A stretch of DNA of 63,326 nt, counting the filler, from Collodictyon triciliatum (Eukaryota): the NCBI GenBank assembly GCA_043381765.1. It is 4 parts of 4 records of this genome, joined end to end, with 100 filler letters (N's around TTAATTAATTAA, not from the genome) between each part and the next. Parts side by side here need not be neighbours in the genome. Positions count along the whole stretch, not along the records: positions 1 to 19,493 come from JBHJMP010001297.1; 3 more parts are not named here. One strand, given 5' to 3'. Numbering within the stretch: position 1 is the first letter of the stretch; each line of letters starts with the position of its first letter. Under the pieces are notes generated by a model. It was not told the DNA's origin and did not search any database. It saw nothing but the letters and a program-made list of their open reading frames with translations. Below are positions 1 through 11,905 of the stretch, piece after piece. Both the position numbers and the translations under genes were made by a program.

Positions 1-116
1 AAAGAGAGAGAAAAAGAGAGAGAAAAAGAGAGAGAAAAAGAGAGAGAAAAAGAGAGAGAAAAAGAGAGAGAAAAAGAGAGAGAAAAAGAGAGAGAAAAAG
101 AGAAAAAAAGAGAAAA
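1..116. repeat. (AAAAAGAGAGAG)n simple repeat
   Basis: Direct inspection. Confidence 0.95.
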
Positions 117-317
117 CTGGGATATCAAGCATCATTTCTTTGTTCCGTTTGCTTTGTTATTTTTTCTTTGACTTCGAATATTGAGGTAGATAGGGTGCGA
201 ATAAGACGAGAAAAAAAAAAAAAGAAAAGGAAGGGGACTGCATACGGCGGATGATTTGGACGATTGAGCGGGAGTCCCAACCCAAAACGAAAAGGAAATA
301 AAAGGAAAATGGAGCGG

Positions 318-3300
318 TCAAAAGTCATCCACGTCCGGATTGCCCAGGAGAGACTCTTTCCCAGCAGCGGGTTTTCTTGACGCGGCACCAGTCTTTGGCC
401 TGGACGCACCAGTCGCACTTCCGCTGTGAGACTGACCCGCAGCAGACGGCGCCACAAGAATGGCAGACGCGGTGGACAGCCGCTTCATTCCGGGCCGCGA
501 CTGGGACGATGCAGATGCAGATGCAGATGCAGCAGGAGCAGGAGCAGCACCGAGTGAGGATGAAGCAGAAAGCGAGATGGAGGCGGCGCTGCCGGGCGGA
601 TTGGCTGAGAGAGAAGTAGATAGAGAAGCAGATGCAGATGACTGGGCGAGACTTGTTGCGGTCAGGAAGCTGCCAAACATGCGGTCTGTGTCCTCCTCCA
701 TCTCCATCATGTTCCCACGCACTCTCTGGAGCCGCGCGGTGGAGGACGTGAAGGACGGGTTGGAGAACTCCGGGAGAATGTTTGAGATGGTCTGTCCGTG
801 CGTCAGACTGCTCTTTGAGCGGGCGAGTGCGGGCCGTGTGCTCGCAACTGCAGAAGTTGACGTTGACGTTGATGTCGATGTGCCAGCATTCGTGGGTTCG
901 CTGCTGCTGCGGCGCGAATGGCTCTGCTTCTTCAACTTTTGTGCCTGCAAAGCGGCATTTGACATGTGCGTTGATGATGATGACGATGACGATGACGATG
1001 CCGAGCCGGGCGGCTTGAGCGGAACCACATAGACGCTCTCCACAGGCAGAAAGGCGTACGCGTCGGCCAGGGACGGGCGCATGGCCGAGTGCGGGATGGA
1101 ATGGGCGCGCGGTGCAGCGAGTGCGGTCTGCGTTGTGTGCGGCGGAGGCGGGCGATGGCGTTGGTCTGTGTTGTGTGCGGCGTCGCCGGCGGGCAGAGCA
1201 ACCCAGTGGATCAGAGTCGGGACGTGGGAGCACTGGCTGATGGTGAGCTGATGGGAGGCAGAGCGGTACACAAAGATCTCCCAGTGTGTACTGGACTGGC
1301 GCGTCTGCATCTCCCGCACAATGGACTCGAAGCGCTCGCGGCCTTCCTCCTGCAGAGCCTCGGCCACAATCCAGGCGTAGTCGGCATCGGCCTTTGCGAG
1401 ATAGTGCAGCGCAAGGTGGATCTGCGCATGCCTGACTCCGCGAATCACACGCCCACGAGAATCAGCCGCAGCCGCAGCCATTGCCAGTGCGGATGATGGT
1501 GATGATGGCGATGCAGCGTGATTTGCACTCGCAGGCCCGACAGCCGGCGTGGTCAGCGCCTGTGTAGTCTGCATAAAGTGGAGCAGAAGGCCTCGGTGGG
1601 ACTCGCAGGAGGCCTCGTGTGCGCACTGCACAAGGCTGCCAAGGTCCAAGGCAGCCACCTCGACCAGCGAGCCTTGATTATGCTTGCGGAAGACGTCGAT
1701 ATAGTACTTGAAGTTGTTTGCCACGCGGACAACCCGCTTCTCAAACTTCCTGCGCAGTTCCACGCGCTCATCCTCGTCCAGGTCCTCGCGCACAAAGAGG
1801 CGCATGTTGCCTGGGCTGCTGAGATGCACGAGATACTCGCCCAGCTGGCGATACTTGTCCAGCACAATGGCAACCGTGCGGGTGTCCCCAGCCGTGGATG
1901 CAATGCGGATGAAGGTATTGAGGAAGCGGAAGGACAGGTCCAGCACCGGAAAGTCTTCACGGTCGGCCGCGCCGATGGCAATCTTGTACACCGTCAGTGA
2001 CAGCGTGTGTGGGTGGTCGCGCGTCGAGCGGACGTTTTCGGCAAACAACATCAATAGTTGCCGCATCACCTTCCACTCGAACCACATGTTTTGCGAAAAG
2101 AGCTCCGCGTACGCCATCTTGTTCATGGCCAAGTAGTCAAAGTTGTAGCGGTGCGCATCGCGGGTGTGCGACCAGCTCGTCTCTACAAAGCGGTTCTTGC
2201 TGAGCCCATATGTCAGTGCTATGTCTGTGTACGCCTCCAGAATCATGGTGAAGACAGACTTGTCGCCCATCTGGATGGCCTTGAGCCCAAACTCGGAGAG
2301 ACTCTCCACTGCGTCAAAGAGCTGGAGCTGCCTCGAAAGGACAATCTTTCTGTCGTTCAGCTCATGCTCTGTCAGGTTTGTTGCGCGGGTGCACGACTCG
2401 GTGATGCGCTTGACAAGCTTGATCGGCACCATCTGCTGCAGCATGTACACAAAGTACGGGAACATCATCAGCAGCGAAATGCACAGCCAAAGCACAGACA
2501 TATATATCACAGAATTTGGAATGGACACTTCCATCACAAAATATGTCAACGACACGTGCAGAACAACTGCAGAGACCACCCACATCAGCATCATGAATAT
2601 CCTTGGGTTCACCACAAGGTACAGAGCCGCTGTCCCAGAATAGCGCAGGCACGCAGATTGCGCAGCCGTAAGTATCACCATAAACATAAAGCGTGTCTTT
2701 TCTGAATGTTGCTCTCCAAGGCGTGCCAGCGACGAAATCAGCTGGTCTTCATCCTTGAATGCAATCGTGTTGGTAAACTGCACGATGTTGCTTGCGCGAA
2801 CTCCGGCAAAGACAGGCACAATCAAAAAGAGGGAAATAATCGGAAGTGCCACAGAAAGCACCTGAATCGCACTGCGCCCGCCAAACTTGGCGTCATACGC
2901 ATGCATCACGCGCCCTTGCGAGGACGTCGAGGAGGAATGATACAAATACTCGGATGGGATGAGCTGGCTGGTGGAAAGGCTGCTAAAGTTGAGTCCAGAT
3001 GTCGTCGGCAGGTCATCATAGCGGATGCGTCGGTTCTTTGTGCTCAACGTACGATAGTTGGCCTCCTCATCTGAATGCGTCGTCAGCTCGCTTCGGTCTT
3101 CGCCTCGTTGGTACTGTGCTAAAATCATCTCTTCAAGGGTGTCCAGCTTTGAGACCTGATCAGGAAGGATTGATCGGAAGCCCGGGTCGTTGATTTCTGT
3201 CGATTCGGATGCCTCTAGCGTAGAACCTGCAAAGCGAGGCGGGTTGGCGTTGTCTGGATATTGAGTCGAACTTTGTGCACCAGTGGCCCTCGTTTGTGGT

Positions 3301-6300
3301 GTCTGGTATTGGTGTTGGCGTTTGATTTTGCGGCACAGCCCCAGCAGTTGGTTCAACTCGCAGACACTACAAATCTCCTTGACCAAGCGCTCTGCATCCT
3401 GTTTATATCCTTTAGCCAGATACCATGTGGCGAGCTTCAAGTAAGAGCGAAGAACACCGTTGTTTGAGCGCATTTTTAAGGCAAATTTGATGAATTGGCC
3501 AAGAATAACATCGTGCTCAAAGTCGTATCGGCGTGAAATCTCGCATATAGTTGTTATTTCGTAGCTCATATTATGAGTGGCTTGAGGAAGTTTGATCTCT
3601 GTAAAGAGGCCTCCATAGAAGACCAAGAAATCGTTAATCTGAATCACTTTCTGAGTCAAAAATATGCGAGCTGTAGGGCCGAAATTGTTCGCTGCGCCGA
3701 TTAAATAGCAAACCAAAGTACGGTAGAAAAGGAAAATGGCCTGTGCAGCCGGTGCATCCTTCTTTGTCAGACACGCCCTGAGGAACGTGTTCATAAACTT
3801 GATGGAAAGGTCAAGCACCCCAAAATCACCACGCGAGACAGCAAGCTTTGTGATTTTGTAAACATGATAGCCAATCAGATTGCACATATCCGGGAGATTC
3901 CCCATGGCAGAGGAAAATATGATCTGGAAATGACGGAAGGTCTTCCATTCTACCCACAGCTTCTGAGCAACAAGGTGCCCTATCGCGTCATTAGATAGTG
4001 AAATAAAGTCTGGATTTTGTCGCATGGCTTCTTTGATATTGAACCACTCTGGATGGAGCTCTTCTTTGTGGTCACCATACTGACTGCAGAATGAACCCAG
4101 CGCGTCAATCACAGTAAAAGACATATTTTTCTCGTTAAATTGCATCACTTTCGAGGCAAGGTTGGACAGGCGCTCAATGGTCATGGTCACTTCGACCTGG
4201 CAGTTTTGCACCATATCCACTGAGCGAGCATTTATAAATTTCAATCCTCCATCCAGTATCATCCCAATCACACGGGGAGGGTCGAGCATCGAAAACAGAA
4301 GCGAAAAGTAAGGAATCAGCAGAATCACAGAGATGTTTGCCACAAAGATAGAGATAAAAAGCGTTCTGGAGGATGATGTTGGCTCCCCCACAGTGAAATC
4401 CACAAACATGATGTAAAATGTACCCGCGATAAAGAAGCTGAGCATCAGGTGGATGCTTGGATTATATAGGAAGTAAGAGGTCACTGCTGGTGTGAACCGA
4501 CCGGCAGCAATGTTGACGAATGTGGCCGTCACCACAAGGACGACAGTAAGGATAACAGCCATGATTTCACCCAAGCCTCCGACCTCTGGCGCCGATTGCT
4601 GGTCTTTGTTCTCCACATCGATGGATATGTCGATGATAAAAGAAATGAGGACCACCAGCACAATCATAATATAAAAGTTGCGACGGAAGCTATCAGTGAA
4701 AATGTATCCAAATGGCCGATTCTCAAGTGATGAAATCTTGCGGAAGTTAGAGACTAGCTTTGTCTGTCGGGTAAACGACGAGACGCCACACAAAGAGAAA
4801 AGATATAAAAAGTAGTCTTTTGCAACAGAGATAAAATCAGTGAATGAATTCAGTCCACTGAACGACGGTCGGCGCGAACGCGAGGAGAACGATGCCGATG
4901 TGTGACCCATGGCATTAGGAGAGACATGCATGAACGAATCGGTTTGATTATCATCATCCTCTAGGGTCGAGTAACGACGATTGTGACGAGAGATGCGTCG
5001 TGTGATGCGCACTACAGGGATGGTATTATCCGCCATATTCCTCTCTTCTGCAGCCGTCTCTTCATTGTATATGACTTTTCCAGTCAGCTCTGGGAAGCGA
5101 GAAAGGAAGCTGGCCAGGTGGAACTTTTCGCTAGATGTCAAGTAATTCAAGTTTGTTCCACGGTCGTTTAGCTCCCATATATCCGATGTTTTGTAACTTA
5201 AAAACTCTGTCCACAAAGCCAGCAGTTTTGCATGGGGCACCGATGATAGACTTTTCTGAACTATTTCGACGTTTGGATGATTAGACTTTCGGTAGTGAGA
5301 TGCGAGTTTCATTTGCGCACGAATAGCGCCATCGCACAATTCATTGGTTTGTCCGTCTCTTCCAAGTTGGATAAAAATGCGGAATAAATCGTCATGACAC
5401 GGAGACTTTTTCGTGTGCGCAAACTCTACCACGCTGTACATATCATGCGCTGCAATGCCGACAACTTCGTGCATGTTCTTTTCCAGGGCCTGTGATGCAT
5501 AGTACTTGAAGAATGATGCAATCAAAATGACCGCACGGCCGATTTCAACCTCATTTGCTGTTTCTTGGTCGGTAATTGCGTTTGTGCGGTCAATCAACTT
5601 AATGGCACACTTGGAGTATTGATGCATGGTCACGTTCAAGCCGCGAATTTCTCCATGATTCAGCGAATAGCGCAAAAAGGTGTTAAAGAATCGAATGGAT
5701 AAGAGCAGAGCGTGCACATCCTCCTTTGTGGCGGCAGATTCTGCGATGTGGCGTGTCTTGATGCCGATGAGATGGCAGAGATCTTGAAGCTGCTTGATGG
5801 AGTCAGAAAAGAGGTTTTGAAACTGGCGCAGAATCTTCCATTCCACCCAAATACAACGCTGTTGGAGAAGCTCATTAAATTCGTCACTCATTGTGACAAA
5901 GTCGGGGTCGTTGTGCACAAACTGTACCTTGAACCATTCTCTTGGCAAATCCTGCTTCACTTCGCTGTATCTATCAGAAAGCGTCCAAAGCGCTTCAACA
6001 GCCAGGAACGCAACATTTTTCTCATGGCGGTAAAGAGCTCGCAAGGCAATGTCAGCCAAGCGATCTACAGACAGGATAAACAACAATTGGGATTGCTGAA
6101 TCTGCTCCAGACGCAGGACAGAAACCCTTGATGGGTGAATTGCCTCAAGGGCTTGAAGCCCATTCTTTGTGATCCGACGGATGATTTGGTTCGGGCGAAC
6201 AAAATCAAGCAAATACGCATGGTATGGGAACATGACATTCACCACCATACCAGCAAAGAAAACAGCGACGCTGAGAGTCCAATCAGTGAGCTTGGGGTAC

Positions 6301-9300
6301 GGAATGCTGATGTTGCAAAACAAGAGGAACAAGTTGCTGATGACCATAAATGCCATTGTACACACGACAACGCGACTGCGAAGGAACAAAGGAACAACAA
6401 CAGGCGAGAAATGGACAGTGGAAATCTGAAGCAGAACGGGACTGGCAGTGAAAATAACGGCCAAAAGCTTCATGTTCAATTCACCAACACCAGTCAAGCG
6501 GCGGCGGCTCACAACAGAATTGAACGCTTCAAGGGGTTCCGAAATGGGGGTACCAAAGATCAGCTGGTCTATTGCAAAAGCAGAGAAAAACAAGCTTGCG
6601 GCAAGGAGTGGCAGGCCAAACAAGGAAAGGAATTGCTGCAAGAAGGAAATCATCGCCCCTTTGTTTTGTGATTCAATAGCTTCAGTTTGAAGAACGGTTC
6701 GCTGAAGTTTGAATGGCGATTCCAAATAGCGGCGTCGCTGTCGCTGGTAGATAGGTTTGGCAGTCGAGGAGCCGGTTAGTAAATTGTCCAGGGGTGGCTC
6801 ACTATCCAATATCCCGTCAGGGCGGTACGTACTTTCATGATATCGAGCGCATCATTAGTTTTGGCAATGGATGCATGTGCGATTCATTATAAAACGTCAC
6901 ATGTTGTATTCTGTCAAAAAGAAAAAGAAAAAGAAAAAGAAAAAGAAAAAGAAAAAGAAAAAGAAAAAGAAAAAGAAAAAGAAAAAGAAAAAGAAAAAGA
7001 AAAAGAAAAAGAAAAAGAAATGGAGAAATAAAATGAGAAATAAAAAGAAAAGAAAATAGGAAAAATCATTACTCGGCTGCTATTGTTTGGTGATGCTTCC
7101 ATTCTCTCACTGATACCATGGGGGGAAAAGGTGACCTGGAGAGTCTCTTGTCCAACGAAAATGCGATTTGTTCCTCTTTCCGAACGTCGATGTTGAGATA
7201 CGCCCAATAAAACTCCGCAAGATAGGCTCTCTTGCTGATGGCGATATAGTCCAACGAACGGGTTCTATCACGAACTTCCCAATATTCACTACTTTCGAGA
7301 GTGGTGAGATCGGTCCAGTCAAGTCGAAGAGCGTCCTTTGATTGTGTCCTAAGCAATTTGGAGATACTTAAAACTGGCAATACATCATCCTGCATGTAAT
7401 GGAACAATGCTTGGCGGATAAACACATGGCGGATACCGGAATCAATTAGGCCTCCTGGTCTGTATTCCAAACCTCCGTCTATATTGAGGAGAACATCAAG
7501 AAATTCGGCGTAGAAATGATTGCCTTCTTCGTAGCAGGACTTTGTAAGACATGCAAGATCGTCAGCAATCACTTCTGCCGCAACTTTGAGCTTCTTTTCG
7601 AGGGACGATATTGTGTAGTTTTTGAAAAGCCGGCCGATTTTAGGGATTCGATCAGCAATTTCAGCCACATCGGCGTTGGTTGAGTTATCCGTAAAAGCCT
7701 TGGAGTGAACTTTGAGGAGAAACTCGCAGAGTGAGCGATACTGGGAGATGGTGTAGAGTAGAGTTCTGACCTCCCCTTTCTCCAAAGAAAGTTGTATGTA
7801 TGTGTTGAACAGTCTCATCATCATGTCGCATGCATGATAATCACGCCTATGGACAGAATCTTCGGCAATGCGTCGGGTGCAGATGGCAATCACACAACAA
7901 ATGTCTTTGAGCTTCATTAAAGAGCTCTCGAAGATAAACTGGAACTGGCGACCAACCTTCCATTCATACCAGTTTCGACGCTCGATGAGGGCTTTGGTAT
8001 CATCTTCTTGGATGGTAACAAAATCCATGCTTTGTTGTATATCCGCAGAGATATTAAACCATTCCTCAGGTAAGGTCGACTTCTTCCCGCCGTAATCGAT
8101 GGTCTTTTGGCATAAGGTTTCCATAAGCTTGCTCACCGTCTCTTTATCCTTCTTGTCCAGGGCATAGTTTGCCAAGTCAGCAAGCTGTTCAATTGCTCGG
8201 ATGGCTTCCTCTTGAGCACGCGCTACGCTGTTTCCTGTAACTCTCTTTTCCATGGCCTTAACGTACTTACGCTCACGACGTTGAACGCGATCGATCACGG
8301 TGATTGGGCTGAGGAAGTTGAACATGTAGGCAAAGAACGGAATCAATATCCACACAACAAATCCGAGACAGGAGATTCCGATGAATGCTGCAGTTTTGGG
8401 ATAGCTTTTGTTCACTACAAAGAAGTTTGTCAGAATGAAAAAGACTTGGCAAAATGTACACAATCCACCGACGGCCTTAACAACAGGATCGTCGTAGAAT
8501 ATACGCAGAGCAAACGGGGTAAAACGAGCGGATGCCATGTTCAGGAGCAGGCCAGTAGCGGTGAGAATGACAATTAGTTGTACAGCCATCGTTTCACCAA
8601 GTCTAGGTTTTTTTTTTTTGGATTGTCATTTTTCTTTTCTGCATTTATTAAATTGGAAAGGAAAGGCTTTTTTTTTTGAAGTTATACATGGAAATAAGTA
8701 TCGAACAGCGAATGTTATGTGTCATACCGCGATATGGATGATCTGACTTGAAACATGGGTTGAGTGATGATTTCCTCGAGTGTTTGAAGCAGAGGGCGAC
8801 TCCCCGTGACAGAGTCTAAAGTCAACGTGACCATCCAGACGGCTATAACGATGACTAGGACTATTGCAGAAACAACCCATTTTTCTCGGTCTTCACCACT
8901 GTACGTAAGCGTCAATGTATTCAATTCGAGGGATTTACCGGATGATTCATGATCGGACCTGAATAATAAGCATTTTATTACAAACAGTTAGCTAGGGTTT
9001 ACTTAAAAACACACATAGATATTATTCCATTTCCTTTTTTTTTTTTGAATGAAAATAATAAAGATAAACTTTTTCGAGGATGCTCCATAATAGCCAAGAT
9101 TTGTGTTCAAATGAGACTTCAGGTCAAAGGATGATTGGGATAAAGATCTTTTCAGTGGTTTGATGCGACTAATTTCGTATTCTTCGGTGCTCTTTTCTCT
9201 TCCGTTTTCAGAAGCAGTCTTCTCTCCAAACGAAAAGCTCCCTCGTCTGGCGAGAGGTTTCTCGTAGGTTTGGAATATATCATCACTATCGACGAACGAT

Positions 9301-11112
9301 GTTCTAAGCCCTTCAGACAAAACAGAGTCTGATCGTAATGTTTGTCGATTAAAACGAGCCTTTACATCTTGCAGTTGTCTCTTCGCCACTTCAGAGAGGA
9401 ACACAATGCGCTCTGCAGCGCGCTCTTCAGCTTCTCCAATGTCTGGCTTCTGAAATATCATGAGCTCACGGTAGATGGCCTCGAATTGTGTAGGCGTAAT
9501 TCCCTCCACGTTTTTCAGAATCTTTTCGGCGTAGCCTTGGGCATCTGCGTGATTGGTGATGCTGATTTCATTGGCGAAGCAAAGATAGTAGGTAGCGAGG
9601 GCAATTTTTGCCTTGACTACAGAGCGTTCACTCTTTCCAGAGAAGCCTCTGATCTCACTGTCGTCCTCGATTCCAAGTCTTAAGAAGACATCCAGGACTC
9701 GATTGTGGCATTCAACATGATTGAGAAAGGCGTGCAGACACAGGGAAGCAAATTCGTTTGCAGTTGGGCCGAGAATGGCATGTACTTCTTGTTGGAGAGC
9801 AAGTTGGCCGTAGTAGCGGATGTAACCACAGATTCGGACCACGCGCTCCTGGAACATTTCTTTTGGAAGGATGTAACGCCGTGAATCGTTCTCTCGAAAG
9901 CCATCTAACCTGCGGCTACGGGTGTATGTACTACTCATGACCATGTCCTTCATAACCATCAGATTTTGGGCCAGACAGCAGTACTCGTGCAGGACTTGGT
10001 TATAGACTTTGGGCTGCCCAGCGTTCATGGCACATCGTAGTTGGGTGTTGAAGTAGAGAATGCACATATCAACAACGGGGGCATCGCCATTAACGGCGGC
10101 ATATTCAGCGATGGAGCGAACGTTGATAGCAATCAGATGGCAAAGGTCAGGAATGGAGCGCAACGCAGTCATGTATAGACTGTGCATATGCCAGAGAGAA
10201 ATGTATTCGACCCAGGAGCGACTGGCTGAGAGCTCGTCGATTTCTGTTTCTGACAATGCGAAGGAGTCGAGAAGATGGACATTTTTTATCTGCAATCGAA
10301 ATGTTGATTGATTATATTTGTGTATACGCGAGTAAAACATTAGATATAGTGAGCCAAGATAAAAAGAAAAGTACCTGCAGAACAAACCAGGATTCATCCA
10401 ACTTCCTCTTGATGTTGCTGTAGGTCATGCAGAAGGTAAAGACGGCGTCGACAATCTCGGTACACGTTCCTTTCCCTTTCCATGCAAAGACTTTTGTGCC
10501 TGTATCTGTGAGACGCTCGAGTGTAATGAGAATCTCTTCTTTGTTATCGGAAAGCCTCTTTGGGTCGGTCTCATGCTCAATGCTTTGGCAGATGGTCCCA
10601 AGGTGGGAAATGGTGGACGCCACGACCTTTGCAATGTCGAGGAAGGCGAAGAGACCAAACAAGAAGGACGGCAGCAGCATCATGGACACAATCATCAGGA
10701 AGACAGAGAAGAAGAGCCCCTCGCGCGGGACAAACTGGTCGCTGGCTGTGTGCTTGACAACCACAAAGACGACATTGCTGATGGTGTAGAGCCCGACCCC
10801 TTTCAGGAAGAAATCGTCGCGCAGAAACCGGTATATCATGTGCGGAGACAGATTCGACGTGGCGTAGCTGGGGATAAAGAACGTGAAAGAAAGCACGGTG
10901 GTTAGCATCTCGGACATGGCCTCCTGCAGATAATCCAGCGTGTGAAGCGCCTGCGTGTAAGTCGGGTTGGTCAGCGCATCCAGGAAGTACGACCAGTCGT
11001 GGACGCCCAAGGCGACGTCGACGGCCATGCAGGCAAGAAAAAGCAGCAGGATGAAGGCAAGCGCAAGCCCATACTTGACCAGCTTCTGCTTCTTGAAGCG
11101 AGGTAGGGCCAT
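318..11112 (-). CDS. Giant multi-pass membrane protein (~3410 aa) with five tandem DUF2254-like modules; 5 exons: 11112-10375, 10289-9070, 8958-8728, 8602-7073, 6831-318
   Basis: Four GT-AG introns (10290-10374, 8959-9069, 8603-8727, 6832-7072) join ORFs 10312..11112, 9003..10397, 8715..8924, 7069..8589 and 318..6809 in frame. The exons total 10233 nt = 3411 codons. Each module has about 4 hydrophobic helices, then motifs like RFTP..F..DP, PYF..L....P..II, L.D.A..AL, EWF, DF, W.EWK..RQF and FNT.LR. The DUF2254 assignment is from motif recall. Confidence 0.85.
6916..7020. repeat. (GAAAAA)n microsatellite inside an intron of the giant gene
   Basis: Direct inspection. Confidence 0.95.
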
Positions 11113-11905
11113 GGCTGTGTATTATGTTTGGTTAAATTGCTGTTTCTGTATTTTTTTTTTAGTTTGAAAGGTAGATAAAATGTTTGCTTGCAATTAAAGG
11201 AGGATATAGGCGAGTTGAACCTGGCTGTGGGTTAAGGAGCTGAAAGGATCAAAGGATCGAGGGCTCGGTTGTCACAAGAGTCGCTTCTAGTTTGTGTTCA
11301 TATTTCACTTTTTTTTTTTCTTTTTTACGGTTTAGAAGATGTGCTGGGTTCAAGTGATCGAGGAGGGGTTTGGGTGGGCAGGTGAGATCGAGTTTGCAAA
11401 TGGCAGCAAAGAATGCCTGTGTGTGGCGAGGAACACTCATGTTTCTTGTGTTCTTGCGTGTGGTGTGTTTGATTGGTTCATAGATTCGTGCGGGTTGTAA
11501 GCATCTCTGTCCGTGTGTGTGTGGTAGGACGCGAGGCTGATTGGTTTGGTGGTGATAAGCGGCTGGCATTAGTGCCACATATGGATTTCCACGCTATTCA
11601 GCGTTGGTCTTTGTGCAGATCATATGACCATTATGGAGTTTTTATTAGTGGAGTAGATAAAATTATCTTTAAAAGGGATATAATTTTGAATGTTTCGACT
11701 ATTGCCATCGAAAACACATGTCCTGTCCTATTAAAGAAACTGTGCACTATTCAACTTTGCTATATTTGGAAAATATGTCAATCGAAAACCAAGCAACCCT
11801 TTTGGATGTGGTCTGTGTTCGAATCCCGCTTGTGGCTTTCTTTATTCGCGGCTGGAAGCGATGGTGGCAGAAGGCGCGTGGGTTGCATCTGCTCGGCGTC
11901 TCGGA

